Below, piece after piece: positions 28,989 through 38,975 of a DNA stretch of 64,000 nucleotides. The notes under the pieces were generated by a model. That model saw only the letters and a list, made by a program, of their open reading frames with translations, did not search any database and was not told the origin of the DNA. The DNA is from Promethearchaeati archaeon. GTDB lineage: Archaea; Asgardarchaeota; Heimdallarchaeia; Heimdallarchaeales; Heimdallarchaeaceae. The position numbers and the translations under genes are program-made. The DNA lies in the NCBI GenBank assembly GCA_013166775.1, contig JABLTJ010000010.1:32746-96745 (forward strand). Reading direction: 5' to 3'. Numbering within the stretch: the first letter of the stretch is position 1; each line of letters begins with the position of its first letter.

Positions 28989-29999
28989 CTAGACTTGCTC
29001 TCGTAAATCTATTATATCCTCAGCTGATGGACCAGTACCAATAATTGAAACTTTGATTCTAGTCTCGGATTCAATCTTCTCGATAAACTCCTCTATTTCA
29101 CCTTTTATCATATCAACATCATTGGCTTTTGCTATTTGTGGATAAAGAATATCAAGTTTAGTTAAACCAATCTGTGATGCTCCATTCAATCTTACTGCTT
29201 TTCTAGCAAGGTCGTAATTGAATGGTGCAGCTCTTCTCAATCGTCCTGTGACAGCTCCATATTCTTCCCATCCCCTTCTCATTGTTTCTTCGGGTGATAG
29301 TTCTCCTGGTAGCTCCCCTGTTCCTACTCTAGTAATAAAAGATTTCATGATAACCATAACATCAGTAACTCTTGTTGGACCTACTCCAAGATCTGAACAA
29401 ATCGCAGCTGCAGAAGTGTCCTTAGATGTAACATAAGGATAACTTCCATGAAACAATGAAAGTAGTATTGCTTGACTTCCTTCTGCCATTACTCCATTGC
29501 CTTTGTCTAACTCATCATTAATTTCTACACTAACATCAGTAAGATAAGATTCTAGTTCAGGAATTTCTTTAGCTATTTTTAATTTACGTAGCACTCTGTC
29601 AACATTTGCTGGACCAGTCCCACTTCCTGTTGACCCTATCTTTACTTTGAGATGTTCATTAGAAGAATCAATGTTTATATGTTCTTGTTCAATGATTCCA
29701 CATTGAAAATCTACACCCATTCTATCATGAGTTTTGGTCACATCTAGTTCTTTTAGTAAAATCTTAGGGTCAACTAAAACTCCAGCACCTATTAATAAAC
29801 GAATCCTTGGATTTACAAAACCAGATGGAACCATTCGAAGCTTATATTCTTGCTTTTGAAACTGAATTGTGTGACCAGCGTTTGTTCCTACTCCAGCTCT
29901 TGCTACAATGCTTGGTTCATCTTTTAAAGCTAGAAAAGAAAGAATCTTACCTTTTCCTTCATCTCCCCAAAAACCTCCACAAACAACAGTAAATGACAT
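28989..29999 (-). CDS. purA: adenylosuccinate synthetase (short archaeal type)
   Basis: WGDEGKGK, NAGHT, EGSQ, YPYVTS, GAVTGRLRR, TKLD. Confidence 0.97.
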   Translation of the reverse strand: MSFTVVCGGFWGDEGKGKILSFLALKDEPSIVARAGVGTNAGHTIQFQKQEYKLRMVPSGFVNPRIRLLIGAGVLVDPKILLKELDVTKTHDRMGVDFQCGIIEQEHINIDSSNEHLKVKIGSTGSGTGPANVDRVLRKLKIAKEIPELESYLTDVSVEINDELDKGNGVMAEGSQAILLSLFHGSYPYVTSKDTSAAAICSDLGVGPTRVTDVMVIMKSFITRVGTGELPGELSPEETMRRGWEEYGAVTGRLRRAAPFNYDLARKAVRLNGASQIGLTKLDILYPQIAKANDVDMIKGEIEEFIEKIESETRIKVSIIGTGPSAEDIIDLREQV

Positions 30000-30109
30000 A
30001 CAAGAATAGACAAGGAAAACTCATTGTTAAATTTTTCACATCAACTCTGATATAGTATTAAATTACATTGAGAAAGAAATATTAGTGCAACAAGAATCTT
30101 GTTCTCATC

Positions 30110-30958
30110 ATGGATTACGAATTAGTGGAATTTGAATCGCCCTTTTTCACACTATATAAGTTGCATGAAGGAATCTATGCCGTAATTGCCACAGATCATG
30201 CTCTAACTGGTGCAAATGCAGGTTTTTTTAATATAGGGAATCATACAATTCTATTTGATACTTTGGCAACTCCTAATGCAACTCAGGATTTACTAAAAGC
30301 ATCTGAAATCTTTACTTCAAGAAAACCTACGATGGTTATAAATAGTCATTATCACGGAGATCACATTTATGGAAATTATGCAATTCCCTCTAGTGTTCCA
30401 ATAATAAGTAATCCAACAACTCTAGCAATGATGAAGAAGTATACTTTAGAGAAGTTAGCTGAATACCAGAAAATTGCTCCATCAGAGATAAACTAATACA
30501 AAGAACAATTGAATTCTGAAGAGAATCCCTCAAAAATTTTTGAAATAGAAAACGATATTAAATTCTTGGAAACAATAATAGAACCAAATTTTCATTTAAG
30601 AACTCCTGATTTGCTAATTGATGATTCCCTTATTGCTCAAGGTAGTGAAAGAATGGTACAAATTCTCAATGTAGGAGCCGCACATTCAGAAGGAGATATC
30701 ATAGCTTACTTCCCTTCAGAAAAAATCTGTTTTATGAGTGATCTCTTATTTGAAAATGTAGAACCCAGTTGGGCAGAAAAGGAAACAGTAATGCCATTTG
30801 CTGTTAATCCACTTCAACATTATAAAATTCTTGAAAAATACAATAAGAAAGAACTAATAGCAGCTGTTCCAGGTCATGGAAAACTGATTTCTGCTGCTTC
30901 TGTTTTCGAGAAAAATATGGATTATTTAAAGCTAAAATATCAAGAAGTGTTGAAATAA
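30110..30958 (+). pseudogene. MBL-fold metallo-hydrolase split by an in-frame TAA (30494-30496)
   Basis: SHYHGDH in the 5' part; AHSEGD, SDL and VPGHG in the same frame after the stop (SEIN*YKEQL). Confidence 0.8.
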
Positions 30959-31014
30959 AATACGCTTTAACAAAAAACTAATAAATTACCTCTCTAAGTC
31001 AAGCTTGAATAACA

Positions 31015-31578
31015 ATGTCCATATTTGGAGTTGTAAAGATTGTACTTTTAGGTGATTACGCAACAGGAAAGACAACCCTAAAAAGAAATTTCATGGGTCT
31101 TCATTTAGATGAAGCTTATATGAGTACCCTAGGTGTAGATTTAGCATCTCACAAACACGAAGACGAAGATATGGAAATAACCTTTCAGATTTGGGATCTT
31201 GGAGGACAACCAGAATTTAAAGAACTGAGAAGTAAGCAATATGCAGGAGCAGAGGGGGGACTACTGGTTTTTGACAAAAGTCGTCCTGAAACTTATTCTA
31301 ATTTAGAGAATTGGTTAGAGGAATTGAATGCCTCTCTAAAAGAAAGAGTTCCTGTGCTAATCCTTGGAAATAAAAACGATTTAATAGATGGAGAAAACAA
31401 TTTGAGGATCGATACTGAAGCACAGCGATATCTCAATGAGACTAAAGATCTGTATCCTAATATTGAATTAAGAGAATACTATTCAACTTGTGCTTTGACA
31501 GGTATGAATGTTTACAAAGCTTTTCTAAATCTTGGGCGAATTATCATCAGAAGTAAAAGTGATGAGCTGAAAATATAA
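31015..31578 (+). CDS. Rab-like Ras-superfamily small GTPase
   Basis: G1 GDYATGKT, G2 TLGVD, G3 WDLGGQ, G4 NKND, G5 TCAL; no C-terminal prenylation Cys. Confidence 0.92.
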   Translation: MSIFGVVKIVLLGDYATGKTTLKRNFMGLHLDEAYMSTLGVDLASHKHEDEDMEITFQIWDLGGQPEFKELRSKQYAGAEGGLLVFDKSRPETYSNLENWLEELNASLKERVPVLILGNKNDLIDGENNLRIDTEAQRYLNETKDLYPNIELREYYSTCALTGMNVYKAFLNLGRIIIRSKSDELKI

Positions 31579-31627
31579 GATAGAGAAAGAATTAAAATAG
31601 GTATTATCTCTGAACCGTTAAAAGAGA

Positions 31628-32548
31628 TTGGTTATTACTATGGCTGATGGAATCCTTGCTCAATTTGGCTCAATCCTAGCAATGCTTGTACCTATTTTAG
31701 TATTTGTTGGGTTATACCTTGCATTTTACATCTGGGGAAAATATGCTAACAGAAAGAAGAAAGAGTTTTATTTTGATGATGTTCTTACTGCAATCGATCC
31801 TTATATCGAGAATTATTCTAGAAAAGATCCAAATGATAGACAAATAGAGATAAGATGTCAACTAAATGAAGAATTTGAACTTAAGAGTGCTTCAGCTTGG
31901 TTAATATTACTTCCAAGAACAAGTTTCCCAACTATGTTGGTAGATGGATTGTTCTTCAGAAATAAGGATTCCTTCGGTTTAGCTGCTAATTTCGCTGAAA
32001 AACCTCGTGTTTTATTTGAAGTGATTCCATACAAAATGAAATCAGCAATAAGAAAGGATTTTGATTATTTAGTAGAGATAGATGATATTCCAACTCCTGA
32101 TCAAGACACAAACGAGGCTTTTCTAATTAAGTCAAATAGACCAAGAGCAATAAACCAGCTAATAAGAAGCAAAATGTTTCTCAAAAATCTGAAAGATTAT
32201 TCTAAAGAAGTGCAATGGATATCTGTAAGAACAGATGAACCACATTTTGAAATGAAATTCAGCATGACAGGAAAACCTGCAGATTTGTTAACTCTAGTTA
32301 AGTTCTCTATGACAGTTCTGAAATTCTTTGGAAAGGTTACTGAAAGAACAAAAGATTTACCTATACCTTCAGTTTTGAAGAAAGAAGTAAAGAAAGTAAC
32401 AGAAAAAGAAAAACAGAAACAAGAAAAAGAGAAAGAGAAATACATGAAAGAAAGGGAAAAGAGAAGAGAAAAAGCTAGAAAAGAAGAAGAAAGAAGAGCA
32501 AAGAAAAGAGCTAAAGACGAATCAAGAGCAAAGAGAAAAAGTGAATAG
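31628..32548 (+). CDS. CCDC47-like (PAT complex / DUF1682) single-pass membrane protein
   Basis: TM ending YIWGKYAN, alpha/beta domain, then a long K/E/R-rich C-terminal coiled coil; likely start at ATG 31640. Confidence 0.6.
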   Translation: MVITMADGILAQFGSILAMLVPILVFVGLYLAFYIWGKYANRKKKEFYFDDVLTAIDPYIENYSRKDPNDRQIEIRCQLNEEFELKSASAWLILLPRTSFPTMLVDGLFFRNKDSFGLAANFAEKPRVLFEVIPYKMKSAIRKDFDYLVEIDDIPTPDQDTNEAFLIKSNRPRAINQLIRSKMFLKNLKDYSKEVQWISVRTDEPHFEMKFSMTGKPADLLTLVKFSMTVLKFFGKVTERTKDLPIPSVLKKEVKKVTEKEKQKQEKEKEKYMKEREKRREKARKEEERRAKKRAKDESRAKRKSE

Positions 32549-32690
32549 AAAAAAGCTTAAAATAGTCAAAATGCATTTTTCCTTTGTTTGAGGAAATAAT
32601 TTAAATATCTTAATAAAAGAAGGTAATTGAAAACCATTCAGTTAATTAATTACATCTATTCCAACTATTCTAAAGAAAGAAGGTTTCAAT

Positions 32691-33548
32691 ATGCCAGATA
32701 AGAAAATTAAAATTATTGTAGATAGTACTAGTGATTTACCAGATGAGCTTGTAGAAAAATATGATATAGACATAGTTCCTATGTACATTCATTATGATAA
32801 TCAAATATATGAGGATAGGACACAAATAACCTCAGAAGATTTTTATGACATATTAAGAAATATTGATGAACTACCTACTACTTCAGCTCCAAGTCCAAGG
32901 GATTTCTGGGAAAAAGTAACAGAGAGTTTGAAAGAATATTCCACTATTTTTATAGCTACGATCTCTTCTAAGTTTTCTGCAACCTATCAGTCAGCAGGAA
33001 TTGTAATAAAGAGGTTTAAAGATAAGAAGATTCATTTAGTCGATTCGAAATTTGGTTCAGGGGTGCTAGCATTCTTAGCTTTAGCTGCTGCAAAACTCTT
33101 CAAGAAAGGAGTGACTGGTGAAGAATTAGTTGAGGAAGTTGAAAGAATACGAGATGAATCTATTCTTTTAGGGTATGTCGATAATGTTGAAAATCTAAAG
33201 AAATCCGGAAGAATTTCTCACCTCAAATATTTTGTGGGAACACTGCTGAAAGCGAAGCCAATAATCGAAATTAAAAACGGAATACTAGAAGGAATAGGTA
33301 AAGCTACTGGAAAAGTGAAAGCTCAAGAGAAAGTTGTTGAAGAAATAGTTTCCCGAATTCCAAAAGATAAGAAATATGACTTAATGATTACACATGGAGA
33401 TGACACTGAATCTGCGGAAAAGATAATGAATGAATTGGAAAAAGAGTTAACACTGGGAGAGAAAATTATCAACTTTCTAACTCCAGCTCTAGCAGTTCAT
33501 TTAGGGATAGGAACTATAGTAGTATCACTATCACCTAGCATTTCCTAA
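32691..33548 (+). CDS. degV: DegV family fatty-acid-binding protein
   Basis: IIVDSTSDL, PTTSAPS, ISSKFSATY, LKKSGRI, KPII, HLG. Confidence 0.92.
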   Translation: MPDKKIKIIVDSTSDLPDELVEKYDIDIVPMYIHYDNQIYEDRTQITSEDFYDILRNIDELPTTSAPSPRDFWEKVTESLKEYSTIFIATISSKFSATYQSAGIVIKRFKDKKIHLVDSKFGSGVLAFLALAAAKLFKKGVTGEELVEEVERIRDESILLGYVDNVENLKKSGRISHLKYFVGTLLKAKPIIEIKNGILEGIGKATGKVKAQEKVVEEIVSRIPKDKKYDLMITHGDDTESAEKIMNELEKELTLGEKIINFLTPALAVHLGIGTIVVSLSPSIS

Positions 33549-33571
33549 CGAAAAGTGATTTTAGAAGATTC

Positions 33572-35116
33572 CTAAATCTCTTTAGCCTTAAAATTCATAG
33601 CTTTGTCTATAATTTTATGTATATATTTTGGTATATCAGAAGCCATAAGGCCATCACCGAAATTTTCAGATGCTAGTTCTCCTGCTGCTCCTGAAATAAA
33701 GGCTCCTAGAGCTGCTGAGATAAAAGTATCATCTGTTACAGAGAGTATAGATGCAACGATTCCTGTAAGAACATCACCAGTACCTCCAACAGTCATACCT
33801 GGATGTCCAGTTTTGTTTATTTTGGTTCTCACACCATTAGAAATAATATCATTTTCTCCCTTAAGAAGTATTGTTGTTTTCCATCGCTTTGCAGCTTCTT
33901 CCACAATTTTCATATCTTTTTCCAGTACTCCAGTAAACTTTTTCTTGAAAATTCTAGAGAATTCTCCCCCATGGGGAGTTAAAATAGATTTATGGAACTG
34001 CAGCAAGGATAGATGATTTTCTTCCATTACACTAAGAGCACTAGCATCAATTATAACTTGTCTTTGTTCTTTATTTTTCAGAAATTCTAGAAGCGTTTCT
34101 TTTGTTGTTATTGTAACCATCATTCCAGGACCAATGACAAAAGCAGATCCTTTAAGTCTTGGATGTTCAAAAGTTTTTTTGATATCAATAGGCTCAATTT
34201 CATTTTCATGTGCTGGAATAGTAATGAAATCTGGAGCAAATGAAGCTACAGTTTCTCTAATGTTCGCTGGAGTAATTATGAAAACCAGATCTGCTCCCGT
34301 TCGAAAAGCCCCAAAACCCGCGAGAGCTGGAGCACCAACATAATCCTTAGAACCTGCAATAACAGTGACAACTCCATTTTGTCTTTTATGACTGCTTTTT
34401 TTCCTTTTAGGGAAGAACCATTTCAAATCTCCAATCCCAACACATATTTCTGATTCTTCAGATATACCTATATTTCGTACAATGATTGATGATTCTGTAA
34501 AATCTTCTTGTTTTATTTTATTTCTTCCAAGGCATATAATCAGTTTGGGTTTTTTTACATAAATCTCGCTAAGAATTTCAGGATTATATCCTGAAGGAAT
34601 ATCTAAAGATATGATGTCACATTCAAGATTTTTATTCAGGAACTCTACAACTGTTTTGTACGGTTCCTTTAATTTTCCTTGTATACCAATTCCAAATAGG
34701 GCATCCACAACAATCGATCGCTCATTAATCTTATTAAGAACTACTTCCACATTTTTTTTGGTTTTTATTTCAAACCATCTATCATTTGGTAAAATTTCTA
34801 ATAATTTATCGTAATTCTTTTGTGAAGCTTGAGAATTGAATCTTTTCTTATCACCAACTAGTATTATTTCACAATTGAAGCCTTCCTCTATAAGATATTT
34901 AGCAGCAACTAAAGCATCTCCTCCATTATTTCCAAAACCAGACAACATAACGATGTTCTCTATTGAATTGTTCTTAGCGTATTTACTGATTTCTTCTGCT
35001 ACAACTTTACCTGCTATTTCCATCATCTCAAAAATAGTGATTCCTGTTGCAAAGACATTATCTTCTAATGCTCTAGTCATTTTAATGGTAAATAGCTCAG
35101 GATCGTTTTCATTCAT
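33572..35116 (-). CDS. nnr: bifunctional NAD(P)H-hydrate epimerase/dehydratase
   Basis: GNNGGD, DALFGIG, DIPSG; SHK..G, GPG, DASAL, TPHGGEF, GGTGDVL. Confidence 0.95.
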   Translation of the reverse strand: MNENDPELFTIKMTRALEDNVFATGITIFEMMEIAGKVVAEEISKYAKNNSIENIVMLSGFGNNGGDALVAAKYLIEEGFNCEIILVGDKKRFNSQASQKNYDKLLEILPNDRWFEIKTKKNVEVVLNKINERSIVVDALFGIGIQGKLKEPYKTVVEFLNKNLECDIISLDIPSGYNPEILSEIYVKKPKLIICLGRNKIKQEDFTESSIIVRNIGISEESEICVGIGDLKWFFPKRKKSSHKRQNGVVTVIAGSKDYVGAPALAGFGAFRTGADLVFIITPANIRETVASFAPDFITIPAHENEIEPIDIKKTFEHPRLKGSAFVIGPGMMVTITTKETLLEFLKNKEQRQVIIDASALSVMEENHLSLLQFHKSILTPHGGEFSRIFKKKFTGVLEKDMKIVEEAAKRWKTTILLKGENDIISNGVRTKINKTGHPGMTVGGTGDVLTGIVASILSVTDDTFISAALGAFISGAAGELASENFGDGLMASDIPKYIHKIIDKAMNFKAKEI

Positions 35117-35191
35117 TAAGAGAAGTTTATTCTGCTTTCTAATAACTCTTTTTAATAAAAAAATTAAACAAAAAATAAGAAATTGGGAAGA

Positions 35192-35761
35192 TTATACAAT
35201 TCCCAAATACTTTCGAGCTTTTTTATGTTCTTTTTCTAGTTCTTCCGCTATATTAGAGAACAATTGAATCGCTTTATTTGTCAACTCCTGAAATTGGTTG
35301 AAAGCATCTTCAAATGACTTTAAGGAATTCATTAAAAGTTCTTCTTCGGTGTCTCCTTTTTCAATGAAAGTCATTGTTTTACTTAAGTTTCGAAGTATAG
35401 TTTGAAGAAATCCTATTTCCTCTTCTTCATCCTTGCATAACTGCATCATTTTTTTAGGTCCTTTAAGTGGAAAATCCAAACCATCCATCTCAATCATTAA
35501 ACCATAATTTTCTGCATTGATTTTCTCTAATTCTGAGAGTATTTTACCTAGATTAGTAAGATCAGACATGATTTCAGTCTTTTTTGAACTAACGCTAGTT
35601 CTGTTTTTCATTATGTTCTTAATATCTTCAATTATTTTTGGACATACATCTACAACACTTATGACGATATCACTCCATCTCTGAATAATATCTTCTAAGT
35701 TGTTTTTAAAAGAACCCGTTGCATATGCTAGGGAATCTGTTCTTCTATATTTTTCACTCAT
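35192..35761 (-). CDS. all-helical hypothetical protein
   Basis: 189-aa ORF with GGTGA SD-like site upstream. Confidence 0.65.
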   Translation of the reverse strand: MSEKYRRTDSLAYATGSFKNNLEDIIQRWSDIVISVVDVCPKIIEDIKNIMKNRTSVSSKKTEIMSDLTNLGKILSELEKINAENYGLMIEMDGLDFPLKGPKKMMQLCKDEEEEIGFLQTILRNLSKTMTFIEKGDTEEELLMNSLKSFEDAFNQFQELTNKAIQLFSNIAEELEKEHKKARKYLGIV

Positions 35762-35977
35762 TTAATTCACCTTTTTTTTCGAAATGGTAAAAATACTAAA
35801 TATATAGATACAAACAAAAAAGTAAGACACGTCCCTTTCGGAAACATTACAAGATAAAGAGGTTCACGAACATAATTAAACTTATAGTTTGATTCAAGAA
35901 GGAGTGTTTTTTCGAGATTAAAATAATAAAGTCATTAACCGATGCATTAAAAATAATATTACATTAATTCAACTAGA

Positions 35978-36982
35978 ATGCCCTTCACATTGAATAATAA
36001 TGATGTAAAAGGAAAAGTTCTGGATGTACAATTATACATAGCTCAATGCGCTGTTTTGGCTCATAATATTTTATACTCTACTGAACTAAAACCAGGAGGA
36101 GCATCTTTTCTTCATGAATTTGATGATACAAAATCAGAACACTTTCTTGCTGGGGCAAGTAGTTTATTTTCTCCAATTTTCAGTTTAGCTAAAAGAGGTA
36201 TATTAGTAGCTGGTAATCATCTCTGGTTCGAAGATGCAGAACTAGGATTTATAATAGAAAATGGACTTAAAAAAGCAAAAACATGGTACAGATCTTCAGG
36301 AAACACAATTTTTGGAACTTTACTAATGTTCGCTCCAATAACTCTAGGCATAGCTCACTGTTTTGCAACTGAAGGAATGAAAACAAATACACAGATAAAT
36401 TTAGACAACGTTGTGAGTATAACAGAACAATTTCTTAAAAATTCAACTTCTGAGGATTGTATTTATCTCACCAAAGCTTTGAATAATTGTGTTTCTAACA
36501 GAATACTTCAATCTGATAAACAAGAAGATAATTTTAACTCATTCATGGAAATTCACAGAAATGAAAGAACAAATCTGTTTGAATACACAAAATTCTATGA
36601 AGGAAGAGATCTAGTCTTCCATGAGTTATCACACAGATATCAAATCTCGTTGAAATGTGGATTTTCAACATTCAAAAGAGTTTATGATGAGAATAGCAAT
36701 TTTAGAAATGCTACAACTCAAACATATATTACTTTGCTTTCAGAGAAGAAAGATACACACATTGCTAAGAGATTTGGTAATGAAATAGCAACTGAAGTAA
36801 ATAAAAAAACAAAAGAAACTATTAAAGCTGGTGGGATATTTACTCAGGAAGGAAAAGAATCAATCAAAGCGTTAGATACTTATCTTCGAACATCTCAAAA
36901 GAGAGAAATAAATCCTGGCTCTATTTCTGATATAACAGCAACTACGATTTTTCTAGCACTGCTTCAGGGATTTCGTCCTTAA
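35978..36982 (+). CDS. citG: triphosphoribosyl-dephospho-CoA synthase (CitG) family
   Basis: KPG, GNTIFG.LLM..P, DTHIAKRFG, INPGSISD. Confidence 0.82.
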   Translation: MPFTLNNNDVKGKVLDVQLYIAQCAVLAHNILYSTELKPGGASFLHEFDDTKSEHFLAGASSLFSPIFSLAKRGILVAGNHLWFEDAELGFIIENGLKKAKTWYRSSGNTIFGTLLMFAPITLGIAHCFATEGMKTNTQINLDNVVSITEQFLKNSTSEDCIYLTKALNNCVSNRILQSDKQEDNFNSFMEIHRNERTNLFEYTKFYEGRDLVFHELSHRYQISLKCGFSTFKRVYDENSNFRNATTQTYITLLSEKKDTHIAKRFGNEIATEVNKKTKETIKAGGIFTQEGKESIKALDTYLRTSQKREINPGSISDITATTIFLALLQGFRP

Positions 36983-38009
36983 CTACTATATCTTTCTCAA
37001 ACACCCTTTTTGTCAATTCTAACAAATCTGAAGTTGAGATATGGTGATCATAGTCAAGAAATAGAATTCGATTTACTAATTTAATGACGACTGTAGCTTT
37101 TTCTTGTGTTGTAAATATCTGAACATGAACTGGAGCAGTGAATAGATACTCAAGTCCCTTTTCAGCAGCTTGAAAGAGATCACTCAATATTTTATGAAAT
37201 CCGCTTATATTCTCGTTAGTCAGAGGGGAAACCAATGAACGGTTATAAATCTCTATTTTATCTGGATTAAATGCTTCAGTAAACATATCTAGGATTTGTT
37301 TATGAGATTTAGTTTTGAATTGTCTGAATCGTTTTACTTCAAATTCTTTGATTTTTGATTCCATTACAATGATAACAAAAGGAAATATAATTGTCTGAAT
37401 TAAATTTCCTTGATGAGTAATATGATGACCCATACCCTTCTCACAATTATTCATGGATGAAACTACTTTTCTCAGACTCTTTCCGAGCACTTGGAAAATT
37501 GTAAAACTATCAATGTTATAATTTGGCGCATTTGCCATAACAACCAAGGGTTCATTTTCATTTGAAAACATACACCACGCTTGCATTTTTCCTCCTTCAG
37601 GATCTTCAAAAAGCACATCTGCTATCTCGACTCCACACTGCAAGAGAATATTTCTGCATTCTTCTTGAAACCCATGAAAAACACTTACATTCCCTGAAAA
37701 TCCTTCAAAATGTTCTTTGTAATTACGATAGAAATTCTCCGAAATGCAATCACTTACATAATCCGCATATTCATTGGGCATCTCATCAGATATCTGAAAA
37801 ATAAAAATCAGAGAATCCTTTGATTTAAGAAGATATTGACTCTCTTCTAACAGAACACGAGATAGTTTTTCCTTTTCTATTTCTTCAACAAATCTCAGAA
37901 TTGCTGTGATCAAACCTGAAACTAAAACCTCATCTCCCCTAGAATATTCTTCATAATCAAAAATAGGAACCCCATGTTCAGTAATGATTAATATTCTTTT
38001 TATGAGCAA
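36942..38009 (-). CDS. multi (likely triple) longin/roadblock-domain protein
   Basis: RILIITEHGVPIF...DEVLVSGLITAILRFVEE is a longin signature; two further beta-beta-alpha-beta-beta-beta units follow. Confidence 0.68.
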   Translation of the reverse strand: MLIKRILIITEHGVPIFDYEEYSRGDEVLVSGLITAILRFVEEIEKEKLSRVLLEESQYLLKSKDSLIFIFQISDEMPNEYADYVSDCISENFYRNYKEHFEGFSGNVSVFHGFQEECRNILLQCGVEIADVLFEDPEGGKMQAWCMFSNENEPLVVMANAPNYNIDSFTIFQVLGKSLRKVVSSMNNCEKGMGHHITHQGNLIQTIIFPFVIIVMESKIKEFEVKRFRQFKTKSHKQILDMFTEAFNPDKIEIYNRSLVSPLTNENISGFHKILSDLFQAAEKGLEYLFTAPVHVQIFTTQEKATVVIKLVNRILFLDYDHHISTSDLLELTKRVFEKDIVVKDEIPEAVLEKS

Positions 38010-38012
38010 GTT

Positions 38013-38891
38013 TCAACCACCTAATTTTATTGATTGCAAGGATGTTCCTATTTCTGATAAATCAGGAAGTTTTCCTTCAATTTTTTGTTTAGATATAATA
38101 TTATGTATCTTCTTCAATAAATATTCGATTGTTGTAAATTTGAAATCTCCCTGATAGAATATAAAATTGTAATGATATAAGGATAATAGATAACTATCCA
38201 AACAAGCGTGTTGAATTAATGCATAGAAGTTGGTATCCCCTATTCTAATCTTTTCCTCCTTTGTTGATAGCAGATAATCCATTCTCTTTGAGGACAAACG
38301 AATTAATTTAGTGAGATAAGTAGAATTTTGCTTGTTAAATATCTCTGGAGAGCTAAATATCACAAATCTTCCACGTCTTTTGTACCCAGCAATAATAACA
38401 GGTTGGTTGTCCATCAGAGCTAATGGGATATAGTTTTTTATTCCTCTTTCCTTAAGTAAATCTTTTCTAGTTTCATACTCAATTACATGAGCTTGTGTGA
38501 TTTTTAACTCTGAACCTATCAAGCGTGTATCAACTGGTATCCTTGGTAATCCATAAACATAGTTTGATTGAAAGGAAATTCCGAGTTCCTTCCTAAATTC
38601 ATCAAAAAATCTACCTAAATCATCCCAAGGTGGTGAAGGTAAAGTAAGAACCAAACAACCTCCAATATCGATATATGAAGTAAGCTCAATGTACTGATCT
38701 TGAGTTATTTTTTTTCTTGGTAAACTGATAAATAAAATATGAGATTTTTCGAGAATATTTCTATCTAGTCCAGTACCAATCTTCTTTATAATGTTAAACT
38801 TGATTTCTGCTATTTCTATGTCCACAACACTCGTTATCTGTTTAGGTTGAATAGACTCATTGAGAGTGGTATCAATAGAGCAGAGTTTCAT
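38013..38891 (-). CDS. GIFT-domain (GldG/IFT52-like) protein
   Basis: ILFISLPRKKITQDQYIELTSYIDIGGCLVL, LGISFQSNYV, PVIIAG..RGRFVIFSSPEIF..QNSTYL. Confidence 0.6.
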   Translation of the reverse strand: MKLCSIDTTLNESIQPKQITSVVDIEIAEIKFNIIKKIGTGLDRNILEKSHILFISLPRKKITQDQYIELTSYIDIGGCLVLTLPSPPWDDLGRFFDEFRKELGISFQSNYVYGLPRIPVDTRLIGSELKITQAHVIEYETRKDLLKERGIKNYIPLALMDNQPVIIAGYKRRGRFVIFSSPEIFNKQNSTYLTKLIRLSSKRMDYLLSTKEEKIRIGDTNFYALIQHACLDSYLLSLYHYNFIFYQGDFKFTTIEYLLKKIHNIISKQKIEGKLPDLSEIGTSLQSIKLGG

Positions 38892-38975
38892 CTATCTATG
38901 AATTGGTAGTGTTCATTTAAACCTATTGCGTTTTAGGAAGAAAAAAACGATGAAAGAAGAACCAGCTAGATAGCA

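Noticed and set aside
33603-35267. Several + strand ORFs of 67-143 aa
   Set aside because: Antisense shadows of nnr; the same applies to most short ORFs overlapping long genes on the opposite strand.
36942-36982. 41-nt convergent overlap of citG and the longin gene
   Set aside because: Short 3' overlaps are common in compact archaeal genomes.
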